From Planctomycetota bacterium (GTDB lineage: Bacteria; Planctomycetota; UBA1135; UBA2386), in contig OZ245006.1 in assembly GCA_965223545.1 (NCBI GenBank), forward strand, positions 4,608,001-4,672,000: a DNA stretch of 64,000 bases, read 5' to 3'. Under the pieces are notes generated by a model. That model was given only the letters and a program-made list of their open reading frames with translations. It was not told the DNA's origin and did not search any database. The position numbers and the translations under genes are program-made. Positions 44,005-54,446 of the stretch are shown one piece after another. Within the stretch, counting starts at the first letter, position 1. The number at the start of each line of letters is the position of its first letter.

Positions 44005-45561
44005 CTAGCGGTGCGCCGGTGGTGCTGCAGCCTGGTCGACCGGGTCTGGCAGATTGCCGGTGCGCGGTGCGCGTTCCGGCACGCTCAACCGCAAGATCGA
44101 GTGGAAGTCGACCGGGCCTTCGACGCGGTGGCATCGGGAGTCGGCGATCCGCTCGGTCAGCTGGCGCGCGGTTTGGTCCGGATTGGTGCTGATCACCAGC
44201 ACGCTGCCGTGGGTGGCGAGCGCGTCGCGCAGCGCGGCAGCCGGCCGCGGCGTCAGTCCTTCGCGCTCGAGGTAGAGACGCATGGCCGGCAAGTCGACTT
44301 CGCCGAAGAACACTCCGCCGCCGCTGGCCAGCGCCCGCGCCCGACGCGCGACCGCGCCCGGATCGAATGGCCCGAGGTAGTAGGCGGCGCACAGGTCCTG
44401 GGGCTTGATGCCGCGCTGTAGATCCTCGAGCTGCTGGGCGTCATGACGGCGCAGCTGCCACACCAGCGTCGTCGGCAGCGAGATCGCGATGGCGGCGATC
44501 GCCGCGAGCGCGCCGGGCCAGCGGCGGATCGCGGTTGCCGCCGTGGCGACGCCGACGCCCACCAGCACGGAGAAGGCGGGAAGCAGCGGGACGAAGACGC
44601 GGTCGAAGGGGCGGTCGCCGCGAACGAAGCTCAGGGCGAACGGCACCAACAGCGCGATGGCGGCCAGCGCGAGGACGGGCTGTCGCACCCGGCCTCGCAA
44701 CGCCAGCAGGCCACCGGCGGCGGTCACCAACAACAGCCAGCGGCCACTGCCGAACGCCACCAGCACACGCGGCATCGTCTCGCTGAGCGTTGCCCATCGG
44801 AACGGCGCGTCGGCGCGGACGAAAGGGCTGCTCGCGATCTGGCGAAGCATCGGCGACAGCAACAGCGCGGCCGTGAGGATGCCGAGCACGACCATCGCGC
44901 CGCCGCGAAGGCAGCGAGCCCACGGCTGGCCAGAGGCGCGGGCGGCCAACGGCAGGGCTGAGCCGATGGCGAGGGCCGCGTACAGATTGCCCGGACTGGT
45001 GTAGAGCAGCGTGGCAGTGGCCAGGACCAGGCCGACCGCGCCTCGCCGCGACGGTGCCGTGGATTCTCGCAGGCCGAAGTCGAGCATGGCGGCGAAGGCC
45101 AACATCGCCAGGCCGTAGCCGCGGGCTTGGCTGGCGAAGTGCGCGGCGGGCACCGCGGTCAGCAGCGTCGCCAGCGACCACAAGCCGGCCGCGGTCCCGC
45201 CGGCGCGGCGCGCCGCGCGGAACGTCAGCCATGCCGCCGCGAGCACGGCGAAGAGCGTAGGCGCGCGCAGCAGCACCGGGTGGGTGCAGATCGCGTCGAG
45301 GTCGGCGCCCAGCAGCCGCAGCCACAGGCTGCCGAGCAGGTTGAACAACACGTGGTTGTTCGGGGTCGCGTAGTCGGTCGCGGTGTGGGTGAGCGGAGCC
45401 AGCTGGTAGTTCTCCAAGCTCCAGACCTCGTCGTACCACAGACCGAGTGGCGCGCTGCGCGTCACGACCAGGGCGGCGAACGCGCCGAGCATGGCGATCA
45501 CGCCGAGTCGGGTGCGCCACGACAGTGGCGGCGAGGCGTGCGGTTGGGGGTGGCCGGGCAC
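44005..45561 (-). CDS. GT-C (PMT/ArnT-like) membrane glycosyltransferase
   Basis: LWYDE, PNNHVLF, LLRAP, SQARGY, multiple TM helices. Confidence 0.75.
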   Translation of the reverse strand: MPGHPQPHASPPLSWRTRLGVIAMLGAFAALVVTRSAPLGLWYDEVWSLENYQLAPLTHTATDYATPNNHVLFNLLGSLWLRLLGADLDAICTHPVLLRAPTLFAVLAAAWLTFRAARRAGGTAAGLWSLATLLTAVPAAHFASQARGYGLAMLAFAAMLDFGLRESTAPSRRGAVGLVLATATLLYTSPGNLYAALAIGSALPLAARASGQPWARCLRGGAMVVLGILTAALLLSPMLRQIASSPFVRADAPFRWATLSETMPRVLVAFGSGRWLLLVTAAGGLLALRGRVRQPVLALAAIALLVPFALSFVRGDRPFDRVFVPLLPAFSVLVGVGVATAATAIRRWPGALAAIAAIAISLPTTLVWQLRRHDAQQLEDLQRGIKPQDLCAAYYLGPFDPGAVARRARALASGGGVFFGEVDLPAMRLYLEREGLTPRPAAALRDALATHGSVLVISTNPDQTARQLTERIADSRCHRVEGPVDFHSILRLSVPERAPRTGNLPDPVDQAAAPPAHR

Positions 45562-45638
45562 TGCTCCTGCATCGTCGCGCGCCCCGCGGCGGCTTCAGTC
45601 TTCGTGTCGCCCCGGCCGCTCGGACCGCCCGGCGGGCG

Positions 45639-46961
45639 TCAGCGCCCCCAGAGGCCGAGTTGGCGATAGCGCTCGCGGTATTTTTCGGCCAGCGCGGTCT
45701 GCTTGTTGGCCAGGTCGATCCGCCGTCCGTCGATGAACGCGTGCAGCACGCGGGTCTCCAGCTCGAGCGGGTCGCCGTCGGTGACGATCAAGGTGGCCGA
45801 CTTGCCGCGTTCGAGCGAGCCGTAGCGGTCGGCAATGCCGAGGACCTCGGCGGCGCTCAGTGTGATGGCGCGCAGGGCGGCCTGGCGATCGAGGCCGTAG
45901 GCAACGGCGGTGGCGGCGTGATACGGCAGGTTGCGCTCGTTGTAGAAGCTGCCACTGCTCGCCAGGCACCACTGCAACCCGGCTGCCTCGAGCGCGGCAG
46001 GCAACGAGAACGGTGCGTCGTAGGCTTGGTCGCGGCGCTGCGGCAACCGATGAGTGCCGGTGACGATGACCGGAACCTCGAGCCGGAGCAGGAGATCGCG
46101 GCACGCGTGCGCGCCGGTGCCACCGATCAGCACCGCGTGGAGCCCTTCGCTCTCGGTCCAGGCAAGCGCCGATTCGATCGCTTCGCGGTCGGCGGCTCGG
46201 ACGAACACCGGGTGGTCCTCGAGCAGCGCCCCGCGCAGGGCCTCGTGCCTGACGTCGAGCGGGACGGTCGGGTCGGCGGCGCGCGCCTGCAGGTAGCTGC
46301 GCGCGGCGAGCACGTGGCGCTCGATCGCGGCGCGCCGTTCGTCGACGGACGGCCTCGAGTCGCCGCCGCGCGGCGGGCCGAAGCGGCGTTGCGGCCGCCG
46401 CGAGGGCCACTCGATGACGACACCGGCATCGGCGCGCACCGCCAGGTCTTCCCACGTCCAGCCATCCATGTGCGCGACCGCCGCCCGGCCCGCGATCAGG
46501 CCGCCGCTGGGGAACACGCCGGCGAGCAGGACGCCGTTGCTGCGCGCCACCGGCAGCGCGGTGGAGTCCGGGTTGACCGCGACGATGGCGCGGGCCTCCG
46601 GCGTCAAGTCACCGATCTCGGTGCGGTCGATGGTCGCGCGCGAAGAGCCGATCTCGACCAGACCGAGCGTCGTCACCGCCGAGATCAGGCCGGGGTAGAC
46701 GTGCAGGCCGCGGCCGTCGATGTGCTCGGCGTCGGCCGGGGGCGTCGTGCCGCCGGCCGCGCCCAGGGCTTGGATCGAGCCCTCGCCGAACCACAGCGAG
46801 CCACCGGCGATGGTCGGGCCGGACACCGGGTGCAGGGTGGCGTCGGTGATCACCACCGGTCGGGCTTGCGCGGGCGCCTTGTGGCCGAGATCTTGCGCAG
46901 CCCCCGGCGCTGCCAACGCGAGGCCGAGCGCCGTCAGACCAAGACAGCGGACGTCGTTCAT
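45639..46961 (-). CDS. Secreted amidohydrolase-family protein (metal ligands apparently degenerate)
   Basis: IDGRGLHVYPGLI lacking the HxH motif, ALRAITLSAAEVLGI, GSLERGKSATL; ATGA overlap. Confidence 0.85.
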   Translation of the reverse strand: MNDVRCLGLTALGLALAAPGAAQDLGHKAPAQARPVVITDATLHPVSGPTIAGGSLWFGEGSIQALGAAGGTTPPADAEHIDGRGLHVYPGLISAVTTLGLVEIGSSRATIDRTEIGDLTPEARAIVAVNPDSTALPVARSNGVLLAGVFPSGGLIAGRAAVAHMDGWTWEDLAVRADAGVVIEWPSRRPQRRFGPPRGGDSRPSVDERRAAIERHVLAARSYLQARAADPTVPLDVRHEALRGALLEDHPVFVRAADREAIESALAWTESEGLHAVLIGGTGAHACRDLLLRLEVPVIVTGTHRLPQRRDQAYDAPFSLPAALEAAGLQWCLASSGSFYNERNLPYHAATAVAYGLDRQAALRAITLSAAEVLGIADRYGSLERGKSATLIVTDGDPLELETRVLHAFIDGRRIDLANKQTALAEKYRERYRQLGLWGR

Positions 46962-49900
46962 CGGTGTGCTCCTGCTTCGCTCGCGCCGCACTCGCACGCA
47001 CCGCGCTCGTGGCTGGCTTCCGTGTACTCGAGCAGCATCGCGTCCAGGCCGGGGCCGTCCGGCGAGCGCGCCCCTCGCGACCGCTTCTTGCCCTTCGCCC
47101 GCAGCTTGCCGAGGATGCGCTGGCGCTCGGCGGCCGCGACCTCGCGCAGCTCCGCGTCGCGTGTCCGAGAGAACCGCAGCACGCCGTCGACCCAGGTGGC
47201 CTCGCAGCGCGCCGTGCTGCTCAGCGGCGGCGCCGACCAGAGCGCGAGGTCGGCGTCCATGCCGACCGCGATGCGGCCGACGCGATCCTCCATGCGCAGC
47301 TGCGCCGCCGGGCCCGAAGTGACGAAGCCGAGGGCCTCGTCGGGGTCCAGGCCGCCGTACTTGACTGCCTTGCCGGCCTCGGTGTTGAGCCGCCGCGCGA
47401 GCTCGTTGGAGTCGCTGTTGAACGACACCGTGACGCCGACGCGATGCAGGATGGCGCCGTTGTCCGGAATCGCGTCGTAGACCTCGAACTTGTAGCCCCA
47501 CCAGTCGCTGAACACCGACGCGCCGAGCGCCGCCTCGCGCACTGCCTCGGCGACCTTGTAGCACTCGAGACCGTGCTGGAAGGTGCCGATGACGAAGCCG
47601 AAGTCGCGCGCCACGCGGCACAGCATCAGGATCTCGTCCTGCCGGTAGCTGTGGCAGTGCACCAGCCGGTCGCCGGCGAGGATCTCCGCCAGCGCTTCGA
47701 GCTCGAGGTCGCGCCGCGGCGCATAGCGCGCCGCCTGCTCCTCGGGCGGGAGTGCGGCGTAGCGCGCCCATTCGGCGGCGTAGTCGCGCGCGGCGGCAAA
47801 GCGGTCGCGGATCAGGGCTTCGACGCCCATGCGCGTGCCCGGGTAGCGCGTGGAGTCGGGGCTGCGGGCGCGCTTGGGGTTCTCGCCGAGCGCGAACTTG
47901 ATGCCGGGGGCGGCGTGCTCCGCGCGCAGGTCGGCGGCGCGGGCCGCCCCCCAGCGCAGCTTGACGACGTTGCTCTGGCCACCGATGGGATTGGCCGAGC
48001 CGTGCAGCTGCTGCACCATCGTGACGCCGCCGGCGAGCTGCCGATACCAGCTGATGTCGTCGGGGTCGACGGCGTCGGCGATGCGCACCTCGCTGGTCAC
48101 CGCCTGGCTGCCCTCGTTGATGCCCCGCGAGATGCCGGTGTGGCTGTGGCAGTCGATCAGGCCGGGCGTCAGGTGGCGGCCGCCGCCGTCGACGAGCTGC
48201 TCGGCCCGGTCGGTCGGTGCATCGGCGTCGGCGCCGACCCATCGGATCGCGCCGTCCGCGAACAGCACCGCGCCGTCGCGGATCACACCGGACGGAGTGT
48301 GCCAGACGGTGACGTTGCGGATCAGCGTCGGCACCGCGATGCGTGGCTCGAGCTCGCCGTACGCGCCGAGCGGCGTCGGCAGGGCTTCGGGCACCCCGGC
48401 GTCGGCTGCCGCATCTTCGCCCTCACCGTCGTCGTCGCCATCGTCGCCGGCGTCCGCGTCGTCGGGTTCACGGTCGCCGCCGGAAGGCATCCGCGACGCG
48501 ACCAGCTCGAGCGGTCGTCCGCTCGTATCGACCGCGCTGCCGATCAAGCCGTCGCCGGCGCGCAGCACGCGCACTGCCAACCAACCGCCGCGGCCGAGCG
48601 CGGTGCCGGGCACCAGACACTCGATCCGATCGGCGGTGACCGTCGCGTTGCGCGTGCTTTCGGTCGTGCGCTCCCCGTCGTCCGCCACCGACAGCGAGAC
48701 GTCGTCACCGTCGACCACCAGGCGGGCGTCGAGCAATTGGCGGTCGAGCTCGAGCGACCAAGTTCCGTCGAGGCGCTCGTCGCGCGGGTCGTGCACGACG
48801 TGTCGGCGACCGCGCACCCAGACGTCGAGTACGCGCGTGGCTTCGGCGAAGGGCTCGCCGTCGGACACGACGAGGTTGGCGAGCTGGCCCGGTGCGACCT
48901 TGCCCAGCTGTCGTTCGAGCCCGAGCATCCTCGCGGGCACCGTCGTCAGCATTGCCAGTGCCTGCGCGGGCGTCAGACCGTGCTGCAGGGCGTCGCGCAG
49001 CCGCGCCCAGGCGTCTTCGCGGCGCTCGAGCCCGTGCGTGGTCAGCGCCGCGGTCAGGCCTGCGGCAACCACCCGGCGCGGGTTGGTCGGCGCCTGCTCC
49101 CAGGTCATCAGCTGGCGCAGACTGACTTGGTCCGCGAGGTGCTGCTCGTGCACGTCGGGGGCGTCGGGGAACGCGAGCGGCAGGAGCAGCTCCGGTCGAT
49201 CCTCCGCCAGCGCGGCCAGTCGGCGGAACTCCGTGCCGCTGCCCAGAATCAGGAACGGTCGGTCGTGATCGCGCGCGAGGGCGCCTGCCGCCAGGGCCTG
49301 ATGCTCGTCGGCACAGACGAACAGCAGTGGAGTGGGGTTGTCGCTGCCGCCGAGTGCTGCCAGCGCCGCGTTCGCCGGCGGTGGCTCGCGGCCATCCGGC
49401 GCCGCCGCGTACAGCGCGTGGTTGCGCTGATGCCGGTCGGCGTCGAGCAGCGTTTGCCGCACCACCGCGAACGCGCCCATCAACGAGCGCGGATAGCCAT
49501 CGCGGTTGCGGTCGAAGGCGACGGCCTGGAACGGCCGCCGCGCGACGACCCCGGTGGGCGTCGTGCCGTCCTCCGCCGGCGCGTCGAGCAACACGACCGC
49601 GCCGGTGCCGCGGAAGATACCGCCGCTCGGCGCGGCGGCGGCGGCGGCGAAGCCCAGCGCCCGCAGCTCCTCGCGCAGCGCGGCGGGCACTCCGGTGCCG
49701 TCGAGTGCCGAGCGCTGCGGCGTGACGACCGGGTTCCAGTGCGCGTTCTCCGCCAGCTCGGCGGGCGGCGGTGCGGCCACCTCGAGGTACGGCTCGATCA
49801 GGCCCGCGTGCACCACGCGGCCGGTGCAGTCCCAGACGCGGGCGCCCGGCGGCGGCGCGATGCCGGCGCCGACCGCGGTGATGACGCCGTCGCGCAGCAC

Positions 49901-50071
49901 GACGGTCGCGTTCTCGATGCGTTCGTCGGGCGCGGGAATGAGCGTGGCGTGCACGAGGGCGTGCCAGCGGGCGTCGACGTGGCGGGGGCCGTTGGCGGGG
50001 GGCGACTGTGCGGTCCCCGGCGAGGGACACGAGCACAGGCCCAAGACGAGGAGGGCGAGCGGTCGCTTCAC
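46958..50071 (-). CDS. Secreted tandem amidohydrolase
   Basis: Two amidohydrolase domains; second has PGLIDCHSH, KFALGENPK, HCHSYRQDE, FQHGLE, NSDS. Confidence 0.88.
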   Translation of the reverse strand: MKRPLALLVLGLCSCPSPGTAQSPPANGPRHVDARWHALVHATLIPAPDERIENATVVLRDGVITAVGAGIAPPPGARVWDCTGRVVHAGLIEPYLEVAAPPPAELAENAHWNPVVTPQRSALDGTGVPAALREELRALGFAAAAAAPSGGIFRGTGAVVLLDAPAEDGTTPTGVVARRPFQAVAFDRNRDGYPRSLMGAFAVVRQTLLDADRHQRNHALYAAAPDGREPPPANAALAALGGSDNPTPLLFVCADEHQALAAGALARDHDRPFLILGSGTEFRRLAALAEDRPELLLPLAFPDAPDVHEQHLADQVSLRQLMTWEQAPTNPRRVVAAGLTAALTTHGLERREDAWARLRDALQHGLTPAQALAMLTTVPARMLGLERQLGKVAPGQLANLVVSDGEPFAEATRVLDVWVRGRRHVVHDPRDERLDGTWSLELDRQLLDARLVVDGDDVSLSVADDGERTTESTRNATVTADRIECLVPGTALGRGGWLAVRVLRAGDGLIGSAVDTSGRPLELVASRMPSGGDREPDDADAGDDGDDDGEGEDAAADAGVPEALPTPLGAYGELEPRIAVPTLIRNVTVWHTPSGVIRDGAVLFADGAIRWVGADADAPTDRAEQLVDGGGRHLTPGLIDCHSHTGISRGINEGSQAVTSEVRIADAVDPDDISWYRQLAGGVTMVQQLHGSANPIGGQSNVVKLRWGAARAADLRAEHAAPGIKFALGENPKRARSPDSTRYPGTRMGVEALIRDRFAAARDYAAEWARYAALPPEEQAARYAPRRDLELEALAEILAGDRLVHCHSYRQDEILMLCRVARDFGFVIGTFQHGLECYKVAEAVREAALGASVFSDWWGYKFEVYDAIPDNGAILHRVGVTVSFNSDSNELARRLNTEAGKAVKYGGLDPDEALGFVTSGPAAQLRMEDRVGRIAVGMDADLALWSAPPLSSTARCEATWVDGVLRFSRTRDAELREVAAAERQRILGKLRAKGKKRSRGARSPDGPGLDAMLLEYTEASHERGACECGASEAGAHR

Positions 50072-50130
50072 GGCCGCAAGGGTAGGCGATGCGCGCCGGC
50101 CGCGCCCGGCCGCGGGCCGGGGAAAAAGCG

Positions 50131-51015
50131 CTATGCGCCGCCGGCCGGAGCCCACGCCGGGCCGAATGCCTCGACCAGCGCGCGCACCGCGCCGTCGCGG
50201 GTGGCGAACACCGCGATGAAGCGGTTCTTGTGGCAGAAGCGCGCGCCGGGGATGCCGGTGACCTGCTCGAGGGCGGCGTCGGTGAGGCCGGCCCACTCCG
50301 CGGGCAACGAGCGCTTGTTGGCGAAGCTGCCGGGCTCGGGAGGGATCGCGATGATCCGCCACGCGTCCTCCGCCGGCAGCAGCACGAATTCGGTCGGGTG
50401 CTCGCGGCCGCCGGCGGCAAAGTAGGTCTCCTTCCAGGGCACGTACTCGGTGAGCTCGATGGTGTGGCGTCCGGCGTCCGCGGCACGCTGCATGCAGGCC
50501 AGCACCGCGTTGCGCGCGTGCTGGCGCGCGCGCAGGCCGGCGGCGATGCCACGCACGTAGCGCTGCGCGAACGCGACCGCATCGGCGAACCGGCCGTCGA
50601 AGTCGTCGCCATCGTCGGCGTCGTGCGTCAACGAGCCGACCATGCTGGCGAAGCACGGCACGCCACGGTCGGGCGTGCGCCGGCCGTTGTCGACATCGTC
50701 GACGTAGTCGACCAGCTCGGCGCGCAGGGTGGCGGCGAGCGCGGTGTCGACGGCGGTCTCTTGCTCCAGCCAGTCGAGCACCATTCCCGCCGAGGAGCGC
50801 GGGCCTTCGTAATCGGTCTGGTGGTGGTCGAACCGCCGCCTTGCTGTGTCGAACTCGCCGCCGACGTCGACGACGACGTCGCAGCGCGCCAGCCGGTCGA
50901 GCTCGCGGCTGCGCACGATGGTCGCCTCGGCGTCGACGAACTCGCGCAGCATGGCGACGGCCAGGACGTCGTCGGCGTGGAAGCCGCCGGAATGGGTGCC
51001 GACCACGAGGGGCAT
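50131..51015 (-). CDS. MYG1 family protein
   Basis: GTHSGGFHADD, VVDVGG, FDHHQ, SSAGMV, VDDVDNG, FCHKNRFI. Confidence 0.9.
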   Translation of the reverse strand: MPLVVGTHSGGFHADDVLAVAMLREFVDAEATIVRSRELDRLARCDVVVDVGGEFDTARRRFDHHQTDYEGPRSSAGMVLDWLEQETAVDTALAATLRAELVDYVDDVDNGRRTPDRGVPCFASMVGSLTHDADDGDDFDGRFADAVAFAQRYVRGIAAGLRARQHARNAVLACMQRAADAGRHTIELTEYVPWKETYFAAGGREHPTEFVLLPAEDAWRIIAIPPEPGSFANKRSLPAEWAGLTDAALEQVTGIPGARFCHKNRFIAVFATRDGAVRALVEAFGPAWAPAGGA

Positions 51016-51089
51016 GGCGCGACGGTAACCCCGCCGTTCGGGATCCGTCCGCGCCGGCGTGATAGAACGAGCGGTTTTCTTGCGAGCCC

Positions 51090-52481
51090 ATGCGTGATCC
51101 CGAGGAGCTGGCGCCGCCGAGCGAAGCGTTGGGGCGCCGCGCATTCTTTGCGCGCGCCGCGGCATTCGCGGTGGGTGCGCGGGGCTTGCGCGCGGCGTGG
51201 TTGAGCGGGGCCTTGACGGCCTGCAGCGGTGCGCGTTCGCCCACCGGCAGATACGGCCCGCTGCGCCCGGACCCCCACGGCGTGCTCGATCTACCGGCCG
51301 GGTTTCGTTATTCCGTGTGGTCGAGCACCGGCGAGCGGATGAGCGATGGTCTGGCGGTGCCCGCTGCGCACGACGGAATGGCGGCGTTCCCCGGTCCAGA
51401 GGGAAGCACCGTGCTGGTGCGCAACCACGAGTTGATCACCGCGCCGCGCACCGCCGGCACGGTCGGGGCGGTCGAACCGGTGTACGATCCGGGCCGCGGT
51501 GCCGAAGCCGTCGTCGGGGGCACGACCACGCTGGTGTTCGACACCCGTGCGCAGCGGCTGGTCCACCACCGTGCCAGCCTGGTCGGCACGGTGCGCAACT
51601 GCGCGGGTGGGCCGACGCCGTGGGGGACGTTTCTGTCGTGTGAAGAGACGGTGCAGCAGGCCGATGCGGTCTTCGCGCGCGACCACGGCTACGTGTTCGA
51701 GGTGCCGGCCGTCGCCGCGCTCGCGGCGGAGGCGCCGGAGCTCGAGGAGCCGCGGCCGCTCGTCGCGCTGGGCCGCTTCCGGCACGAGGCGGCGGCCGTC
51801 GACCCCGACACCGGCGTGGTCTACCTGACGGAGGATCGGCCGGAGGGGTTGCTGTACCGCTTCGTCCCCGACCAGCCCGGTGCCCTGGCGCGTGGCGGCC
51901 GCTTGCAGGCCTTGGCGGTGCGCGCTTGGCCGTCCGCCGATCTGCGCAACTGGAACTCGATGGTGCGCGGCATCGAGTGCGGCCGGCCGGTCTCCGTTTC
52001 TTGGGTCGAGCTGTCGGACGTCGAGGCGCCGCTCGACGATCTGCGCTTCCGCGGCCGGCGGGCGGGTGCTGGGTGCTTCGCGCGCGGCGAGGGCGCGTGG
52101 TGGGCGCGCGATCGGCTGTACTTCACCTGCACGACGGGCGGCAGCGCGCAGAAGGGGCAGCTCTGGTCTCTGCACGACGATGTGCTGACGCTGGTTCTCG
52201 AACCCAACGACGCCGGCGTGCTCGACTGCCCCGACAACATCGCGGCGGCGCCGGATGGAGATCTGGTGCTCTGCGAGGACGGTCCGGGGCGACAGCTCGT
52301 CCTCGGGGTGTCACCGCGCGGCGAGGTCTATCCGATCGCGCGCAACGCCCTCAACAACAGCGAGTTCGCCGGCGCCACGTTCTCTCCGGACGGCACCACG
52401 CTGTTCGTCAACATCCAGCGGCCGGGCCACACGCTGGCGATCACCGGCCCCTGGAGTGCGTCCGGTCCCTCGCGCGGCTGA
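51090..52481 (+). CDS. phoX: PhoX-family (DUF839) alkaline phosphatase, Tat-exported
   Basis: GRRAFF Tat motif, HDGM, RNHE, NCAGG, SCEE, GRFRHEA, RGEG, PDN, LCEDG, FVNIQ. Confidence 0.88.
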   Translation: MRDPEELAPPSEALGRRAFFARAAAFAVGARGLRAAWLSGALTACSGARSPTGRYGPLRPDPHGVLDLPAGFRYSVWSSTGERMSDGLAVPAAHDGMAAFPGPEGSTVLVRNHELITAPRTAGTVGAVEPVYDPGRGAEAVVGGTTTLVFDTRAQRLVHHRASLVGTVRNCAGGPTPWGTFLSCEETVQQADAVFARDHGYVFEVPAVAALAAEAPELEEPRPLVALGRFRHEAAAVDPDTGVVYLTEDRPEGLLYRFVPDQPGALARGGRLQALAVRAWPSADLRNWNSMVRGIECGRPVSVSWVELSDVEAPLDDLRFRGRRAGAGCFARGEGAWWARDRLYFTCTTGGSAQKGQLWSLHDDVLTLVLEPNDAGVLDCPDNIAAAPDGDLVLCEDGPGRQLVLGVSPRGEVYPIARNALNNSEFAGATFSPDGTTLFVNIQRPGHTLAITGPWSASGPSRG

Positions 52482-52495
52482 GCCGCGTGGACCGC

Positions 52496-52627
52496 TCAGC
52501 CCTGCTCGGCTGGCGCGTTGGCGGGCGGGGTCTTCGCCTTCGCCATTTCCTCGCGGCGCTTGGCCTTCATGCGATTGCGGTGCTTGCGGTGCTTCTTCTT
52601 GACGGCGCGGGTTTTGGCGTTGGACAT
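52496..52627 (-). CDS. Small basic protein (43 aa)
   Basis: MSNAKTRAVKKKHRKHRNRMKAKRREEMAKAKTPPANAPAEQG; AAG/GC3-rich codons suggest it is coding. Confidence 0.55.
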   Translation of the reverse strand: MSNAKTRAVKKKHRKHRNRMKAKRREEMAKAKTPPANAPAEQG

Positions 52628-52818
52628 GGATCGTGGCTCGGAAGGGGCGAGAAGTGTGCCCGACCCGGCCGGCAGGCACAAGCTGTGGTTCGTCCGGTCG
52701 GCCGCAACTCGATCCCGAGGGCCGTCGGCGGCGCGCTCGGCGTTGACCGGGGTGGTCCCGGCTCGGACACTCGCGCCGCGCGAACCCCTGACCTCGGGCC
52801 GACCGCCCGAGCACACGC

Positions 52819-54405
52819 ATGACCGCTATCGTCACGGCCCAAGATCTCTCCCAGCGCGACCGGAGCCTGCTGTTTTGGGCGAGCTTTCTGTCGCTGGCCG
52901 CCGCCGGCGTCGGGTTCTCGTTCCGCGTGGCGATGGGGGGTGCCTACGGCGGTGAGCTCGGCCTCACCAACCAGCAGGTCGGGCAGATCTTCGGCGCCTC
53001 GCTGTGGCCGATCGCGCTGACCATGATCGGCTTCAGCCTGGTGGTCGATCGCACCGGCTACAAGCTGCCGATGTTCGCCGCGTGCGTGCTGCAAGTGGTG
53101 TCGGGCGTCGGCACCTACTTCGCCGGCTCGTATGACGCGCTCTACGGCTACGCGCTGTGCGCGGGACTCGCCCACGGCATCATCGAGGCGGTCATCAACC
53201 CGGTCTGCGCCGCGGTCTATCCAAAGCAGAAGACCAAGATGCTGACCATTCTGCACGCGGCTTGGCCGGCGGGGTTGGTCGTGGGGACGCTCTGCATCAT
53301 CGGCGCCGACGGGATCGCCGACGGGCTGCGCTGGCAGCTGCACGCGCTATGGATCGTGATTCCGGCAGTGATCTACGGGCTGATGTTCTTGCCGTGCCGA
53401 GTGCCGGTCGACGAGCGGGTCCAGGCCGGCGTGCCGTATCGCGACATGCTGCAGCAGGTCGGATTGCTGGGCGCCGCGCTCGCCAGCTTCATGATGATCT
53501 ACGAACTCGGCAACCAGGGCGTCGCAATGCAGATGTGGAGCTTCCCGGCGAGCTGGGCGCCGGAGACCTGGTTCTACGTCAGCCTCGCCGCGGGCGTCGC
53601 CGTCGGCATTGCCTTCGGCTTCGCCGTGCGCTCCGTGGGGCAGCCGCTGTTCTTCCTGATGTGCCTCTTGATGATCCCGGTGGCGACCGCGGAGTTGGGC
53701 ACCGATCAGTGGATCAAGAACCTGATGACCCCGGTGCTCGACGACGAGGGGTGGAACCCCGCGTTCGCGCTGGTGTTCTCGGCGTTCATCATGCTGGTGT
53801 TCCGCGTGTTTGCCGGCGGCATCCTGCGCGTGTTCAGCCCGCCGACGCTGCTCTGTCTCAGCGGCGTGTTCTCGGCCGTCGGCCTCTGGTGGCTGTCGAG
53901 CGCGACGGGTGCGGCGATCTTCACCGCCTTCGTTCTCTACGCGCTCGGCCAGACCTACTACTGGCCCTGCGTCTTGGGCTTCGTCTCCGAGCGTTACCCG
54001 CGCGGCGGCGCGCTCACCCTCAACACGGTCTCCGCGATCGGCCTCCTGTCGGTCGGCATCATCGGCGGCCAGCTCCTCGGCGTCGCCTTCGACAAGTCGA
54101 TCCAGGGCCGCGTGCAGGCCGAGGCCCCGGCCGTCGCCGCGGCCGCCACCGAGAAGGGCGGCTTCTTGTGGATGGAGCACGACAAGCTGATCCCGACCAA
54201 GGTGCAGACCCACATCGCCAGCCTGCCCGAGGCGGAATCAGAAGCCGCACAGGCCACCTACAACGCGGCCGAGGTCGCCGCCGGCCGCGACGTCCTCTCC
54301 TACGCCGTCCGCTTCCCCGCGATCCTCATCCTCGCCTTCGGCGCCATCGCCCTCTGGTTCCGCGCCCGCGGCGGCTACCGCCCCATCGAACTCACCAACG
54401 AGTAG
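52819..54405 (+). CDS. MFS transporter
   Basis: About 12 TM helices, VDRTGYK, EAVINP, ATAELGT, SERYPRGGAL. Confidence 0.9.
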   Translation: MTAIVTAQDLSQRDRSLLFWASFLSLAAAGVGFSFRVAMGGAYGGELGLTNQQVGQIFGASLWPIALTMIGFSLVVDRTGYKLPMFAACVLQVVSGVGTYFAGSYDALYGYALCAGLAHGIIEAVINPVCAAVYPKQKTKMLTILHAAWPAGLVVGTLCIIGADGIADGLRWQLHALWIVIPAVIYGLMFLPCRVPVDERVQAGVPYRDMLQQVGLLGAALASFMMIYELGNQGVAMQMWSFPASWAPETWFYVSLAAGVAVGIAFGFAVRSVGQPLFFLMCLLMIPVATAELGTDQWIKNLMTPVLDDEGWNPAFALVFSAFIMLVFRVFAGGILRVFSPPTLLCLSGVFSAVGLWWLSSATGAAIFTAFVLYALGQTYYWPCVLGFVSERYPRGGALTLNTVSAIGLLSVGIIGGQLLGVAFDKSIQGRVQAEAPAVAAAATEKGGFLWMEHDKLIPTKVQTHIASLPEAESEAAQATYNAAEVAAGRDVLSYAVRFPAILILAFGAIALWFRARGGYRPIELTNE

Positions 54406-54432
54406 TACCGAGTCAGACTCGATTTTCTCGCT
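54405..54432 (+). repeat. 28 bp palindromic intergenic repeat, copy 3
   Basis: GTACCGAGTCAGACTCGATTTTCTCGCT with perfect CGAGTC-A-GACTCG inverted repeat. Confidence 0.85.
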
Positions 54433-54446
54433 TCGCCGCGCGCACA

